Positions 46,121-59,245 of a stretch of DNA of 64,000 nucleotides are shown here, in pieces (position 1 is the stretch's first letter; each line of letters starts with the position of its first letter). Both the position numbers and the translations under genes were made by a program. Origin of the DNA: Monocercomonoides exilis PA203 (Eukaryota; Protista; Preaxostyla); the NCBI GenBank assembly GCA_001643675.2, contig LSRY02000029.1, forward strand, positions 868,001-932,000. The letters are read 5' to 3'. The notes below the pieces were generated by a model. The model was given only the letters and a program-made list of their open reading frames with translations, ran no database searches and was not told where the DNA came from.

Positions 46121-46528
46121 ATAGTTGGTGTTAACAATGGCGGACAGTTTCAATAAATGATGACAGTCGCGTTCTCTCAACGACCATTGATAGTTGCATT
46201 TCGATGTTAAAGCCAATTATTTCCTCAATGAATACAAACTTTGAACACATTCAGAAATGAAACAACTTGCTTCATAGAACGAAGTTGAAAACTTTTGAAA
46301 AATATTGAGAAACTCGGAGAAATTCAATCCATCCAGTTTCTCAATATTTTTCAAAAGTTTTCAACTTCGTTCTATGAAGCAAGTTGTTTCATTTCTGAAT
46401 GTGTTCAAAGTTTGTATTCATTGAGGAAATAATTGGCTTTAACATCGAAATGCAACTATCAATGGTCGTTGAGAGAACGCGACTGTCATCATTTATTGAA
46501 ACTGTCCACCATTGTAAACACCAACTAT
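46121..46528. mobile_element. Palindromic MITE: 194-bp arms, 20-bp spacer, probable TA TSD
   Basis: 46121-46314 is the reverse complement of 46335-46528 with 2 mismatches seen. Ends are TA|GTTGGTG...CACCAAC|TA. Confidence 0.88.
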
Positions 46529-47220
46529 ATAAAAAAGAAAAGAAAAAAGAAAAGAAAAAAAAAGAAAAAAATTGAAAATTGCATCAAATCAACATGAACC
46601 ATTCTCATTATTTTTTTTTGTTTTATTTTTTATTTTTTTTTTTAATTTTTTCATTTTCATTTTATTTTTTCATTTTTATTTATTTTTTATTTATTATTAT
46701 TATTTTTTTTTTTTATTTTTTTCACCAAAGAATATGATGTTGTTGAAAGAAATGTCGTGAAACTATTTCAAAACATTTTTGATTTAAATATGTAGATATT
46801 TGCATTGCAAGAATTGAAAAAGTGAAATGATCCAACTAATATAATAAAAAATTTCATCAATGCCAAAAAAGTCAAGGAAAAAGAAAGAAATCCATAATGG
46901 AATAAGTGCAGTTTGCATGCATTATATATTTAAAAAATGATTTCAATTTTTGTGTTTTTATTAAAAATATTAAATTCAAACATTTCAAAATTCGAAAAAT
47001 CTTGATAATTTTTGAAATTTTGAAATTGTGTGAAGAGTTCCGAAATTTTGGAAGTTGAAACAGATGGTATTTAATGATCTTCTTCATTGTCAATTGATTA
47101 TTTACAATTATTTGTTTTTCTGAGCTGTTAAACGACTGGATTCTTTATTAAAACGATTAGAGTTTGTCTTTGCTTTTTGAGAGTGGTTGCCTCTGAAACG
47201 ACTTTTTAAGCGTAAAAACA

Positions 47221-50200
47221 GTGAAGAAAGACAACTTTTTAAAAGACTCAAATGAAATATTAAGGAACATCGAATTATGCGTTGGTGAAATGGAGACAGT
47301 CCCACTGAGGATTCTCACCGAAATAGTGGATAAAGGAGTTGGCATTCTGAAATCGGCAAGCAACGACAACGAAGTTTTGACTTTTGGAAAGATTCTCGAG
47401 GTTGTTTTAAATCCTGCGTCATATTCACCAACGTTTCGAAAAATTAAAGAGAAGAATGTTCCACGTGTTGGACATGAAAAATACAAAGATACGAATTTTA
47501 AGTATGAATTATATCCAAAGAGGAAAAGCGGAGAATCCGAATACTTCAAATCTCCCTTTCTGCATAATGTTATAAGTGGAAAAGAGTTGGTTCGATCTGC
47601 TGTTGATCACATTCTTTCCACAGAAAATGATGAAATATTCGGATTATTACTAAAATTGCTGGGCCACATTTTAAGGCTGAGCGAAAGGAATGAAATTGTC
47701 ACAGCGGCTAAGCAAGGGCTGATTGATGGAGTTATCGATATCTTGAAAAGATGCCAAAGTCCATTAATTTTGCTGGATGCTTTATCACTGTTGCTAACTT
47801 TCAAAAACAAGGTCATTCACCTTCCAAATTTCATGAAAAGAAGGATTTCTCAATGTGTATGCTATCATGAACTTATTCTATCCGTCCTTGAGATTGCTGT
47901 CGGAAATGAAGAGAGAGGAATGGCTTATCCGACTGTTCAGAATATTTGTCTGAACAAGAATATCAGACAAATGTCAAACGAGGATTTTATACAAAGCATT
48001 TTTTACTCACCAAAAATAAAGAAGAGCGAAAAAGCAGATTATAAGAACAATAAGTCAGACAGAAAATCGCCAAATTCGAAAGAAGAAGAAGAAGAAGAGG
48101 AAGTAGAAGAAAACGAAAATTGCGAGAAAGCCAGTTTGGACAAAGATGCAGATTCCAATGGCGATGACGACAATGATGCCGCATTTAAACGGAAGCAGAA
48201 CGATTCAACAACAACAACTTCTCCAACGGTGGCAGAAACTCCTTTTTCAAATACTTTGCCCTTTGCCAATTTTTTTAATGCTTTTACAATGAATACTTCA
48301 GAAGCAGCAACGGCTTATTATACATTTTCTCACAATGAAGAAGAACAGCACTTTCCGGATCTTAACGTTCCTTTCCTTCCTTTTGATGTTCGGTTGAAGG
48401 CAGCTGAGATATATTCATTGTTTATTGAAGACAGCACAATTTTGTGTCCTGCCTATCCAGTTGTGGCTGTGCTTGCAGAAGGAATTGAGCTCGAAGACGG
48501 AGACGAAGAAGCGTTCATTTCAGCAAAAAAGAAAGAACAGAAAAGAGTTGTGGGAGAAAAAGAATCTGATGCAGAAAGCTACGAAGAAACAGAAATGCCA
48601 TTCTCTGATGAGATTTATGCGCCAACGACTGAATGCGACCTGACTCCGAAGATGACAAAGATCAGAGATAGTCTGCTCGCCTTGTGTCGCATATATGTTA
48701 GCCGGTCTCTTCTTGACATTCCAGGTGCTGTTATTCAGTCTTTTCACTCTTTTGGTGCTTTTAACAGAAAACAATTTTTTATTTTGATTTTTTTTTTCAC
48801 GATTATTTTGCATGTGCATTCAATTTATTCTTCTTTCAAAAAATGTTGAATTTTCTGTTTGCGAACACGTACAGAAGTTTTGACGTATCATTATGGATCT
48901 GATGCAAATATTTACGAAAGGCTTGCCCTTCCTTCGCATTTGTATCGGAAGCTTGAAAGAAGTCTTGTGCGCCTAATAAAGTGTGGTTTTAGATAATTTT
49001 TGCAAGAAAGTCATTCATTTCTGATTAATTTGCATGCGATGCATATCCCCCAATGAGCAGTTTCCCCATGGCACGCTTCTGCAATCTTGCAGGAAGCTGT
49101 TTGAATCGTTTGGCTGTGCTTATGCCTCTGCCTGAGAAGAAGAAGACAATATGCTCAATTGGACCAGCAATACTGAATAACTTAGAAAAAGTGGAGGCAG
49201 AAATGAAGGAGATTGTTCAAAGAAAATCTTCTGATCAATCAGAAGCAGCAGAAGAAGACACAATGCAAATCTTTTATGAAAGTCATCCAACAATCCAGTT
49301 CGAAAAAAGCGACCCGTTTATTCTTGCGATGAAGCCGAATGCGGGTGATTGTCTGACTGTCAGCGAGCTGGAAGAGAAGTGGCTGCTTTTTGAGGATGCG
49401 CAACTGCGCTTTGCAACAGACACATTGCTGGGGATCAAAAACACTTATTCGGATCTGAAATATAACTGGAACTTTCAATTCTCCAACTTTCATTATATTT
49501 GGGACATACAGAGATACCACAGATCATCCAACGCGCTTCGACTGAATGCATTGCTTTCCTGTCTTTTTAGCTGCGTGAACAGTCGAGGCAGTGCCAGCGA
49601 TTATGCACTCATTCAACCCTTCTTCAGGGTGCTCGTGGAAAAACTTAAATTTCTATTTCCGCTTCGTGCTCCGATTGACGAAAGCAAAATGTTCTCCACT
49701 TTCAACCAGCCAACGGCACTTGAATCTGTGCAGACCTCAGTTGCAGCTGTTGTGTTTTGTGTGCTGATGAATACACTGAAGGAGCTTCCGTTTGCCTTTG
49801 CGTCAGGGATAATAAAAGACTTTTTGGAGTTTGGTGCAGATTTCAGGTATGCCACTCCGCAGCTGATGGCACATGTCATTCAAAAAATTAGAGAGAAGTG
49901 CATCATTTTTATGCTTCCTGTGCGAATCAACAGAGTTAAGCAGTCTGATTCGATTGTGAAGGATGAGACAGATGTTCTTTTCAACACTGTTCCGTTCAAC
50001 ATGCTTTCATCGAAAAAGATTATCAGTTGGAAGTGCGTTTCGTTGGTTGAACGAGAGTGCTGCTATCCGATTCATTACAAGAAATGCATTGAGAATGCTA
50101 ATGATATTTCCTCGATTTCTGCAAAGCCATTTTTTGAGGATGCGGAAGAGATCGAGCGAAAAGACGACAGCGGAACATGTCTTTTGTTTTATTTGGACGA

Positions 50201-50441
50201 TGCATTGGAAGAGTCTGGGATTCGTGATGCTGTTGAATCTTGTGTTCAAAGTGAAAATATTCAAGATTTTTGGTTTGCGCCTTATGCTCTTCCAAAAATG
50301 GACAGATTGAGTTACTTTTCAGAATTTGATTACATGCGTCACAACGAAACAGCTCTTAAAGAACCAGTTTTTGTTCAAGATATTAGAAATATTTTGAATA
50401 GAAATAGATTTTTCATGAGAAATTTTAATATTTTCTCATGA
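47221..50441 (+). CDS. Large lineage-specific helical hypothetical protein, multi-exon (5' end uncertain)
   Basis: Long ORFs 47221-48849 and 49053-50441 are linked by a short exon and GT-AG introns (~48750-48875, ~48985-49060). No recognisable family motif. Confidence 0.7.
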
Positions 50442-51026
50442 AATAACAAAAATTAATGAACAGAATGAAAATGAAGCTTTACTTATTTTAATAGAGAAAA
50501 TATCTTTTGTAGAATTTTTTCTTTTTTTTTCATTTTCTTTCTTTTTCTTTCTTTTGATTAGTACGAGTCTATTTACTCTTAAACTGTGAAAGATTTCAAA
50601 ACTTTGCAAGGAGAGTAATATTTTTTCTCCAAAGTGTTGTTTTTGTTTCGGAAATTTCCTGGAAAGTCTTCTTGTGTTATTTCATTTTGTTTTGTCTTAA
50701 TTTATTTCTGTTATTTGCATTAATTCATTTCTTGATGTATATTTTAATATTGTATCGAGAAACATTTAAGCAATGAAAAAGAGAAGTGCAGAAACCTTTT
50801 GCTTTTCTATTGATACACTTTCACTTTAAAACTTCAAGACCGTTTTTGTCTATTTTGTTGAAACCAGCAAATTCTTTTTCCTTCACTCAGCAGCATTAAT
50901 CACAAGAATAAAAATAATGCTCACCTTATTTTCACATTTTTAACAAGAAGTGAGACATTTTCTTTTATAATGACAAAATTGTAAAAATTAAGACGGTTTA
51001 AAAAATCAAAACATTAAAACAGCGGA

Positions 51027-54000
51027 CTAAGTGGAACGAGCAGAACATGGAGATGACGAAGCTGTTCCGCCAAATGTGCGGACAACCGACGTCACACGAA
51101 AAGCAAATCCAGCATCGTCTTGCGCGTCAACTCCATCGGCGCTGTTTGCGGCTAAAGGCACACCGGTCAATGGACTGTCTGGCAAAGCTGTTGGATTTGC
51201 TATCTTTCTCTTTCCTGTGATGAGATGTCCTCCGCTTTTTTCCTCTCTTTCTTTTTTCCGTTCCTTTTCCTTTTCTTGTTTTTGTTTGATTTCTCGTTCT
51301 CTCTCCACATCCAATAATTCTTTCCTTCTTTCTCTTTCCTTTTTCTTCTCTTCTTCTTTCTCTTTTTCTTTTTGTCGATTGATTGCACTGTATTCGTCAA
51401 TCTCTTCATATCTTTTGTGCTGTCTGGGAGTTGGACGTGAACGGGGAGAAAACGCAGAAGTTGAAGGAGAAGTGAAGTTGGCTGTTGGAGACGATGAAAC
51501 AAACTTTGAAGCTGTTGATGGCTTTAGATCTGGAAGAAAATGAGAGGAAGAAATTGATGAAGTTGCAGATGTTGCAGAAGAAGTGGAAGAAGATGACGAA
51601 GATGAAGATAATGCAGAAGACACAGGGAAAGGCGAAGAGTGCAAAAAAGGCGAAGAAGAAGAAAACGACGACAAAGGAGGGGAATTCACCGAAGGAAGAA
51701 ACGAACTTGAGCGTGTCAGTGCAGCAGGAGAAGAGAGAGTGCAGGAAGAAGACAAACGAGGTGACAAACTCATTGAAAGAGCTGGTGGACGGTGAGACGA
51801 GGTTTTGGGGATTGTAGCAGAGAATTCTGGATGCTGCATTTCTTTGCTGTTTGGAGCAGAAGAGGAAGGGGAGATGTAGTCAGAAGATGAGAGTGGAGAA
51901 GAAAGAGCAGAATTGAATGAGGATATTTGCAGCTGGGGAAGCAAAGAATTGGTATGCGTTGCAGAACAAGCTGCTGTTGAAGATAAAGTTTTTGAGGAAG
52001 ACAATTGAGGTGAACTGTTGAATGAATAAGAAGAAATAGAAGAAGAAACTGGATGAAATGTTGTAGTGTCCTTTTGCGAAGATGATGCAGCAGAAACAAC
52101 AGAAATTGGAGTGCTGGCAAGTGGAACAGGATTTATTGATAAAGATGGTGGAGAAGAAGGCTTTTGAGCAGAGGAGGAAGACGATGATGTGGTTTGCTGT
52201 GTAGAATGAATAGAAAGCGATTGAGGGGAAAGAGGAGTGCTGCTAAGCAGCGATGAATTAAGCGAACAGACTGCCTGTTTGCTGTTGTCAGATTTTACTT
52301 CATTTTCACTATCCCTTTTTTTCCTATCACAAGAAATGTGATGTCTCTTTTCGAAGGGGAAAACGTCATTTCCTTCTTCACAAATATTCTCTTCATTTTT
52401 AACACTGGATTTATCTCCATTTTTGGAGTCAATTTGTTTTGTGATGATGTTTTTGTGTGTCACAATTTTCTTAACTTTTCTATTTTTGGCTTTCTTTTTC
52501 TGCTTTCCCATGAAATAAGCCTGTTCTTTGCGGCGACGAGTAATTCTATCAATGAAGCGAGCAAAAGAAGGTGGCCCACTCAATGGATCATTTAATGAGC
52601 TGTTAAACTTGTGGATGGATTTGATCGAATCTTCATTCAGATTGGAAACAGTTTGATTTACTGAATCAGGTTTGCATTCAGAATCATTCAAGTGGCTCTT
52701 GTTTGTGTCATTTGCAACAACTTTTGAGCGATTCAATTCTTTCTTTTTTGCACTTTTATTCTTTTTTGCCTTTAATTTTTCTTTCTGTTTTTTCCTTTTG
52801 TTTGCTCTTTCTCTTTCTCTCTCCTCTCTTTTTCTGATCCGATACATCGCATTGACCTCTGCTCTGTCTATCCCCCTGTCGCTCATCCAACCCTCAGACG
52901 TGTCTTCGAGATGCAGCAGCAGCGAGAGAAGAGGAAGTGGCAGAGAAAGAAACGGATCTGCGAGGTTGTTTCGATGTATCTTTGGAAGTGTGGAAGAAGA
53001 GCTCATTACAGCCACATTCACAGCAGGCTCAGACATTCTTCGTGTTGAGCATTGTGTGTCTTTAGCGGAAGAAGGGTCAAAAGCTGTGAGCGAAGCAGAC
53101 AAATTTGCCGATGTCAATCTTCCCTTCAGGATTCCTGGATTGAAGGAAGGATACTGAGAAGAATGCAAAGTGTTTGATAGATCAGAGGAAGATGCTGCAT
53201 TGGAATGAACAGATTGTCCATGAGATGCTGACAGATGCACAGGAAGTTGAGGATATGTCGAGAACTTTTCGAGTGTCTCAAGAACAAGTCTTGCTTTGAT
53301 CCTCCTGTTTTCTTCTTCCTTTTCCTGCTTCCTCTTCCAGTATTCTTTCCATCTCCTTTCTCGTTCTTCCAAATGCAGAGCAACATCACTAAACTCAAAC
53401 GGCTTTCGCTCTTTGCGTTTTATTTGGATCCTCTCATCTTTTATTGGCTGAAACTTCATTCCTCCACTTTGTTCGTCTGATGCTTCTTTATTTGCAACCG
53501 CTTTTCTCTTCAAACTTTTTTGAGTGCTCAACATGGAAGCATTTGATAGATGAGACTCACTTTTCCACGACTTCAGGAAATTCTCTTCGTTTTCGTCGTC
53601 ATTTCCATCTTTACCGAATCCATCGTGTTCGCTTGATACAGTCCCTTTTTCTTCATCCAATCTTCTTTCTTCCCAAATGTCCCTCATCCGGCTCTTCTTT
53701 TGCTCATCCAGCATTCTTCTAACAAACATCTCCCATTTGTCAGCCACCAGCTGTTTCTGTCTTTTCTTCTCTTCGTCCGCAATCAATGGCAGCAAATCAT
53801 CTGGACTGTTAGTGACATCCTGAGATTCGCTCAAATCAGAAGGCAAAAATGATCTTGTTGTTGGAGTCTTCTTGTCTTTATCGTTCTGTTCATTCTCATC
53901 ATCATTTTCTTCTTCTTCTTCTTCTTCAACTTCTTCCTCTTCGCTGCTTCTACCATCACTTTTCAATTCATCTTCAAGATAATCGTTAGAATTCCGTTTC

Positions 54001-56177
54001 TTTCCAATTTTTCTTTTGCACAATTCCTTCAATGCATCCATCTCTTCTTTTATCCGCTTGAATATCTGCTCATGCCGACGAAGATGACTCAAAGGCATCT
54101 TCTTCTCATCTGCTACTGGCTCGTCCAGCATAAGAATAGATTCGAGTGTTCCTTCGTGTTCAATTCGGAACTCTTCACAGGCTGTGAGATGGGACGATAG
54201 CAGCGAAGAGATCTGTATTTAATATTAACAATAGTACCAAAAATAAAATATGATTTTTATTAAAAAAAAATTTAGATGACAAAAATAGTATAATAATTTC
54301 AGATTTCTCGAAGATAACATTCAAACCTCGTCAAAAAAGTTGTTCAGTTCAAAAATGTCTGTTTGTTTTGCCAGATGCTTCATAACAAGTTCTTCTCCTT
54401 CCAAAATTAGTCTCATTTCTTCTTCCATCTTTCCCTCCATTTCATCCTTTTGAGAAGATGTATCTGATCTTTTGCCTTTTTCGCTATTTTCTTGTTGTTC
54501 ATTCATTTCCGCAGTTGTTCTTGCTCCTAATTCAAGTTCCTCCGTCTTCCCGACATTGTTCCATTCTTTTTTGTTTTCTCTTTCTTTTTCTGTTTCTTTT
54601 TCATGTTCTTCTGCAGCACGCTTTCCGTTCAGCCGAAATTCCTTCATCATTTTGTCGTTCTGCTTTTTTAATACTTCAATTATTTTCTTGAACTCCAAGT
54701 TTTGCGCAACAACCTGGTTGAACTTCTCTTCTTCTTCTTTCTTTTGGATAAGATCTTTTTTATCCTTTTCTTTTCTTTGCTCCAAAATATCAGCCTGAAA
54801 TTGTTCGGCATTCCGAATTGACTCGTTCTCTCTCATTTGTTTGAGCTGCTCCTCTTTCTTGTCGCAGTCCTGCTGCATCTTCAGCATTGCCTCATTCAGC
54901 CCTTTCAATTTGTCTTTCAACGTCTTCAGCTCAAACTCCTTTTCGTTGTGTTTCTCTCTCTCCCTTTTTCTTTCTTCTTCTCTTTCGTTCTCTTCTGTCT
55001 CCATCGCCACTCTCAGCTGTGCAATCCGCTCGTCCTTCTGCCTGCATTCTGCCTGAAGCTCTTTAACATAGTCCTGATACATATTTCGCTTCTCTTCTTC
55101 TTCTTTCTTTTCTCTTTCTCTTTCTCTCTCTCTTTCAGATTCTTTCTCTTTTGCCATCGCTGCTGATGCCTCGGCTTCTATTAACTGCAGCTCAAGTTCT
55201 TCAAGTCGCTTATCACTGATAAGCTCGTCATTTCTGGCTTTCTTTTGAAGAAACGTTTGGAACATTGCCTTTAATTCTGATTAAAATAAATAAATAAAAA
55301 GTTAACAATCATATTCATTGAGATAATATTGAATAAAGAAGTCCAGAAACCGTTCAGTTTTTCCTTTTGCATTTGCTTTTTTTCTTCTTCTTCAGAAATA
55401 AGATGAGTGAACGTCGATTGAGAATCCATATCAGACACTCCAACATTCAATGAAGCATCTGAATAAGCTGGGCTTCCCCATGAATTGGAGTTTCCTTCTT
55501 TTGAAAAACCTGTTTCATTGGAAATTCCTTCACTTCGCTCTCTTTCATTTATCCAATTTAAAAGTGAATCAATGGTTTCAGTTTTTTGAATATTCTCGAT
55601 ATTCATGCGTGAAAACAGAGAATCAACTCTGTATTGTGCAGTCTTTTGAAAAAAAACACTCAAAATATTTAAATAACATTCTAAATTCTGCACACATCAA
55701 ATTCCATAGAAGAAGAATGAACCATTTTCTTCTTTTTTGAATTTGTTTTGGCAGAGTCCTTGATGTTAATGATTTATAAAACAATGATGAATATCTTCGA
55801 TTTGAAAAATAAAAAAAAGAACATTACAAAAGCAAACACTTGATATCGATTCATATTTTTGTAATGTTTGCTGTAACCTTTCATTAATGGCAGAAAGTTG
55901 AGATTGTTGCTCGTCAAGTTTCTATCATCAAAACAACGCAAATTCTTGTTACTACTTATGTTTTTTCAATAAAATCAAACCCTATAAAATACATTGTGTA
56001 AAAGCATGATTATATAAAAATTGCAGATGTTGATGCATTTGCATTTTAAAATAAATTTATATGGATGTGAAGAGAAAAACAAGTCAACAATAAATACGAT
56101 ATATGGCCCTTTGCAGGCATCGGAGAAGATGCCTTAAAACGTATAATTTTGGAAGAACCCGATGGTAACAAGCTCAT
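51027..56177 (-). CDS. Large coiled-coil and Ser-rich low-complexity hypothetical protein, multi-exon
   Basis: ORFs 55271-55693, 54321-55265 and 51027-54131, plus small 5' exons (MSLLPSGSSKII... at 56177), are separated by short AT-rich introns. Composition is an E/K-rich heptad pattern. Confidence 0.7.
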
Positions 56178-56362
56178 TTACATGAAAGCCAAAACTTTCA
56201 AAAAAACGAAAAAAAAAGTGGGTGCTTATATAAAAACAACTTCCGATAAATTGAAAACCGAAGTTTTCAATAAAACATCAAAATTGGAGTATAGACAAAA
56301 TTAAAAAGTTTAACATGCTGAAAAAAAAAACTTTCCGACTATTTTCACATATCTTTCTTGGT

Positions 56363-58927
56363 TCACCATTTTCCACTTAAGTATTTATATTCATTTTTGC
56401 TTATTTTGTGTAGCTTCCATTGATCTACGAGCATTTCACTTCGTAATTTGAAATAGTGTTGATAACACTTTCCTCTATATGTGCGATTTATTTCTCTAAA
56501 GATAGTTTTCTTCATGGTATATCTTGGTGAATATTTCCAATTATGAATCAATCCTCCTCGTAATATGTAATAAAAAACAGGAATAATAACTTTAATATCT
56601 TCGGAGAAAATGGAATCCGTTTTATTCTTTGAATTATCCGTCTTCTTTTTTTCCCATTCTTTTTTCAATTGTTTGTCTTTGTATCTTGGAAGCATTTCTA
56701 TCTGATCCAAAGTTGCCCATCTGCAATTAAAATCTTCTGAAGAAGCTGAAGCGTTCAATATAGTCGAACAGCAATCAACAAATTCTTCATGTAAAGCATC
56801 CATCCAAAAGCCTTGAAATAAGAGATCAACATCACTTGGCTTGTCAAAAGAATAGCAAGTTAGAGTTTCCCCAAAGATAGAAGAGTTGCTGTCGTCATGC
56901 CGCATATGAGTCGGAGAATCAGTCACACTAAAACCAGAAGAGACTCTCGGGCTGGCACTTAAATCACGAAATGATTGAGCGGGATGAACGCCATTCCAAC
57001 TCGCATTCGAAGAGTAGGATTTTGTTGGGGTGTGAATGCGAGAAGAACGGGATGAGTGCATTTGATGGGCTTGATGTGACGAATGATGATCCATGTGAGT
57101 GCTGGATTGTGATAAAGAAGATAAAGAATGATGAGATGCAGATTTCCCAAAAGAAGAAAGAGACTCTGATTCACGTTGGAGTTTTGGTGTTAAATTAGAA
57201 TTCCGACGTGATGGTGATGTTAAGATAGTTTCAGATGAAACAGACGCAACAGAACCAACAGACTCTTTTGGAGATGGAAATGGTGAATTCTTTGCCTTTG
57301 GTGATTCATCCGGGATTGATAGAAGAGGAGGTTTAAGCACAAATTTCTTACTATCAGGAGTTGTAGCGTTTTCATTGTAGGAAAGAGCAGATTTACATAA
57401 ACGAAGTAAGATAGATGAATCCAAAGTCTGTGAATTTTCACTGTTTGGTGCTTGCACAAGTTTATTTGTAAAATCAGAATCTGATGAATTGTTTAGATTT
57501 TCTTTTGGTATTTGAGTCTCGTATTGTCTTTTGCTTTTCTCAAATTCCTTTTTGTGGAAAAGTATAAAACGATCCAAATCGCTTGCTTGATTTCTCTCTT
57601 CAGCTGTCTCCAACTTTATTTGCTTGCGTTTTATGTTTTCGATCAGTTCGTTTTTCTCAGCTTCTCCAAGCCCTCTTTCATCTGCCTGATCCAGGATGTA
57701 TTTCATCTCTTCCAGTGTCATTTTGGCTTTTTCTGTTTCTGTTTTAATAGATGCATTTAGAGCCTCTTCTCTTCTGCTGCGCCCATCTAAGCCATCTGAT
57801 TGCTTCTCCATTTTTGATTGCATTTTCGTTTTAGCATCATCCCACAAAGCTTTTTCTTCTTCATTATCTATCCAGTTCTTATCAACCCACACATTAAACA
57901 TCTTCATGTGCTGTTTTGCTTCCTTCAGTTGCTTCTTAATCAAAGATCTTCGATGAGGGCGCATACTTGAGCTGCCTTGCTTTGACTTACTAACTAAATG
58001 ATTTCCTTCATTTGATTGTCCATCATCCTTCAATTCTCCATCTGTAATAGTCTGTTGTTTGTCATCGAACTTTGACTTTGAAGTGATATCTTCTTGTTGC
58101 CATTTGCTCAGAAGCTTTGTTCTGCAAACTTTTTCGATTGTCGACTTTCGATGCCCATCAACATCAACGTCGATATCGTCCATGTAATTCGCTTGAGGTC
58201 GTTGCCACTTTTCAGACAATACAAGATTTCCTTCATCATCAGATTCTGCATCACCAATATCATCAGCACCAGATTCTATTTCCATTTTTTCTGACTTTAC
58301 AATACTTGTTTTAGCTTGTGCGTCTGTAGTTTGCTCTTTTTCATATTCTTTTTGCAGTTCTGCTGCAAAACTTTCAGATGTAATAATATCTAAATGACTG
58401 GCAGGAAGCGGTTTAATCTTTTTGTGCAAATTTGACCGAAATGCAGAATAATTTGGTGGATCCGCCAAGCAATTGTGCGGAGCATTTAAGAATTCTGCTT
58501 TCAAAGGAAAAGATTTTGCATTCGCATTCAGTTTATCAAGAAGTTTTTCAGGTGAAGTCGAAGACGTTGCATATGAAGCGAGAACTCCAAAAGGTACTGA
58601 AGACACGTCAGTGCTGCAAGCTTGATTTTCACATGTTTTCATCTCTGAAGATGCATCTGCTCGAGAAATACTATAACCAGAATAATAATCTTGCGTGCTT
58701 GCCTTTATAGATAATAAATGTGTGTTCCTTGCATCAATCATACGCTGATATGGAAATCTTTTGACTGTACTCGATGAACCTGTTGTCTATCGCAGATTAA
58801 TTAAATAACGCACAAAAAATGATTACAATTTTGAAATGAAAAAATGACAGCATCAATGCAAAAACAAAATCTTTGAAACAAAGAAATAGTTGCATACAAC
58901 GCTAAAAGCATTTGTTCTAGCAGTCAT
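56363..58927 (-). CDS. Hypothetical protein (~815 aa), probably 2 exons
   Basis: A 792-aa ORF (56363-58741) extends upstream to a splice acceptor near 58790. A candidate first exon MTARTNAFS starts at 58927. No family recognised. Confidence 0.7.
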
Positions 58928-59245
58928 AACGCACTGTGAACAAAGAAAAAAATTGTTTTATTCACTTGTATTTATGTTATGGTCACGATCAAAATAATGA
59001 GCTCTTCAGCATTTGTTTGGCGCAACATTATTTTGCGAAATACAGTGTCGACTTATAACAGTCATCATATTTACTATTATAAGGGTTTTCTACAAACAGA
59101 TGGTGGTCTGGGGAGCCATCCAAATAATTTGCTAAAAATTAACCCTGGTATATGTATTTTATGTTTATTGGAAATTGTTTATTTTTAATATATATCACAA
59201 AAACTTTTTTCACGTTTTTTGTGAAATTTCGAAACAGAAACCGGA

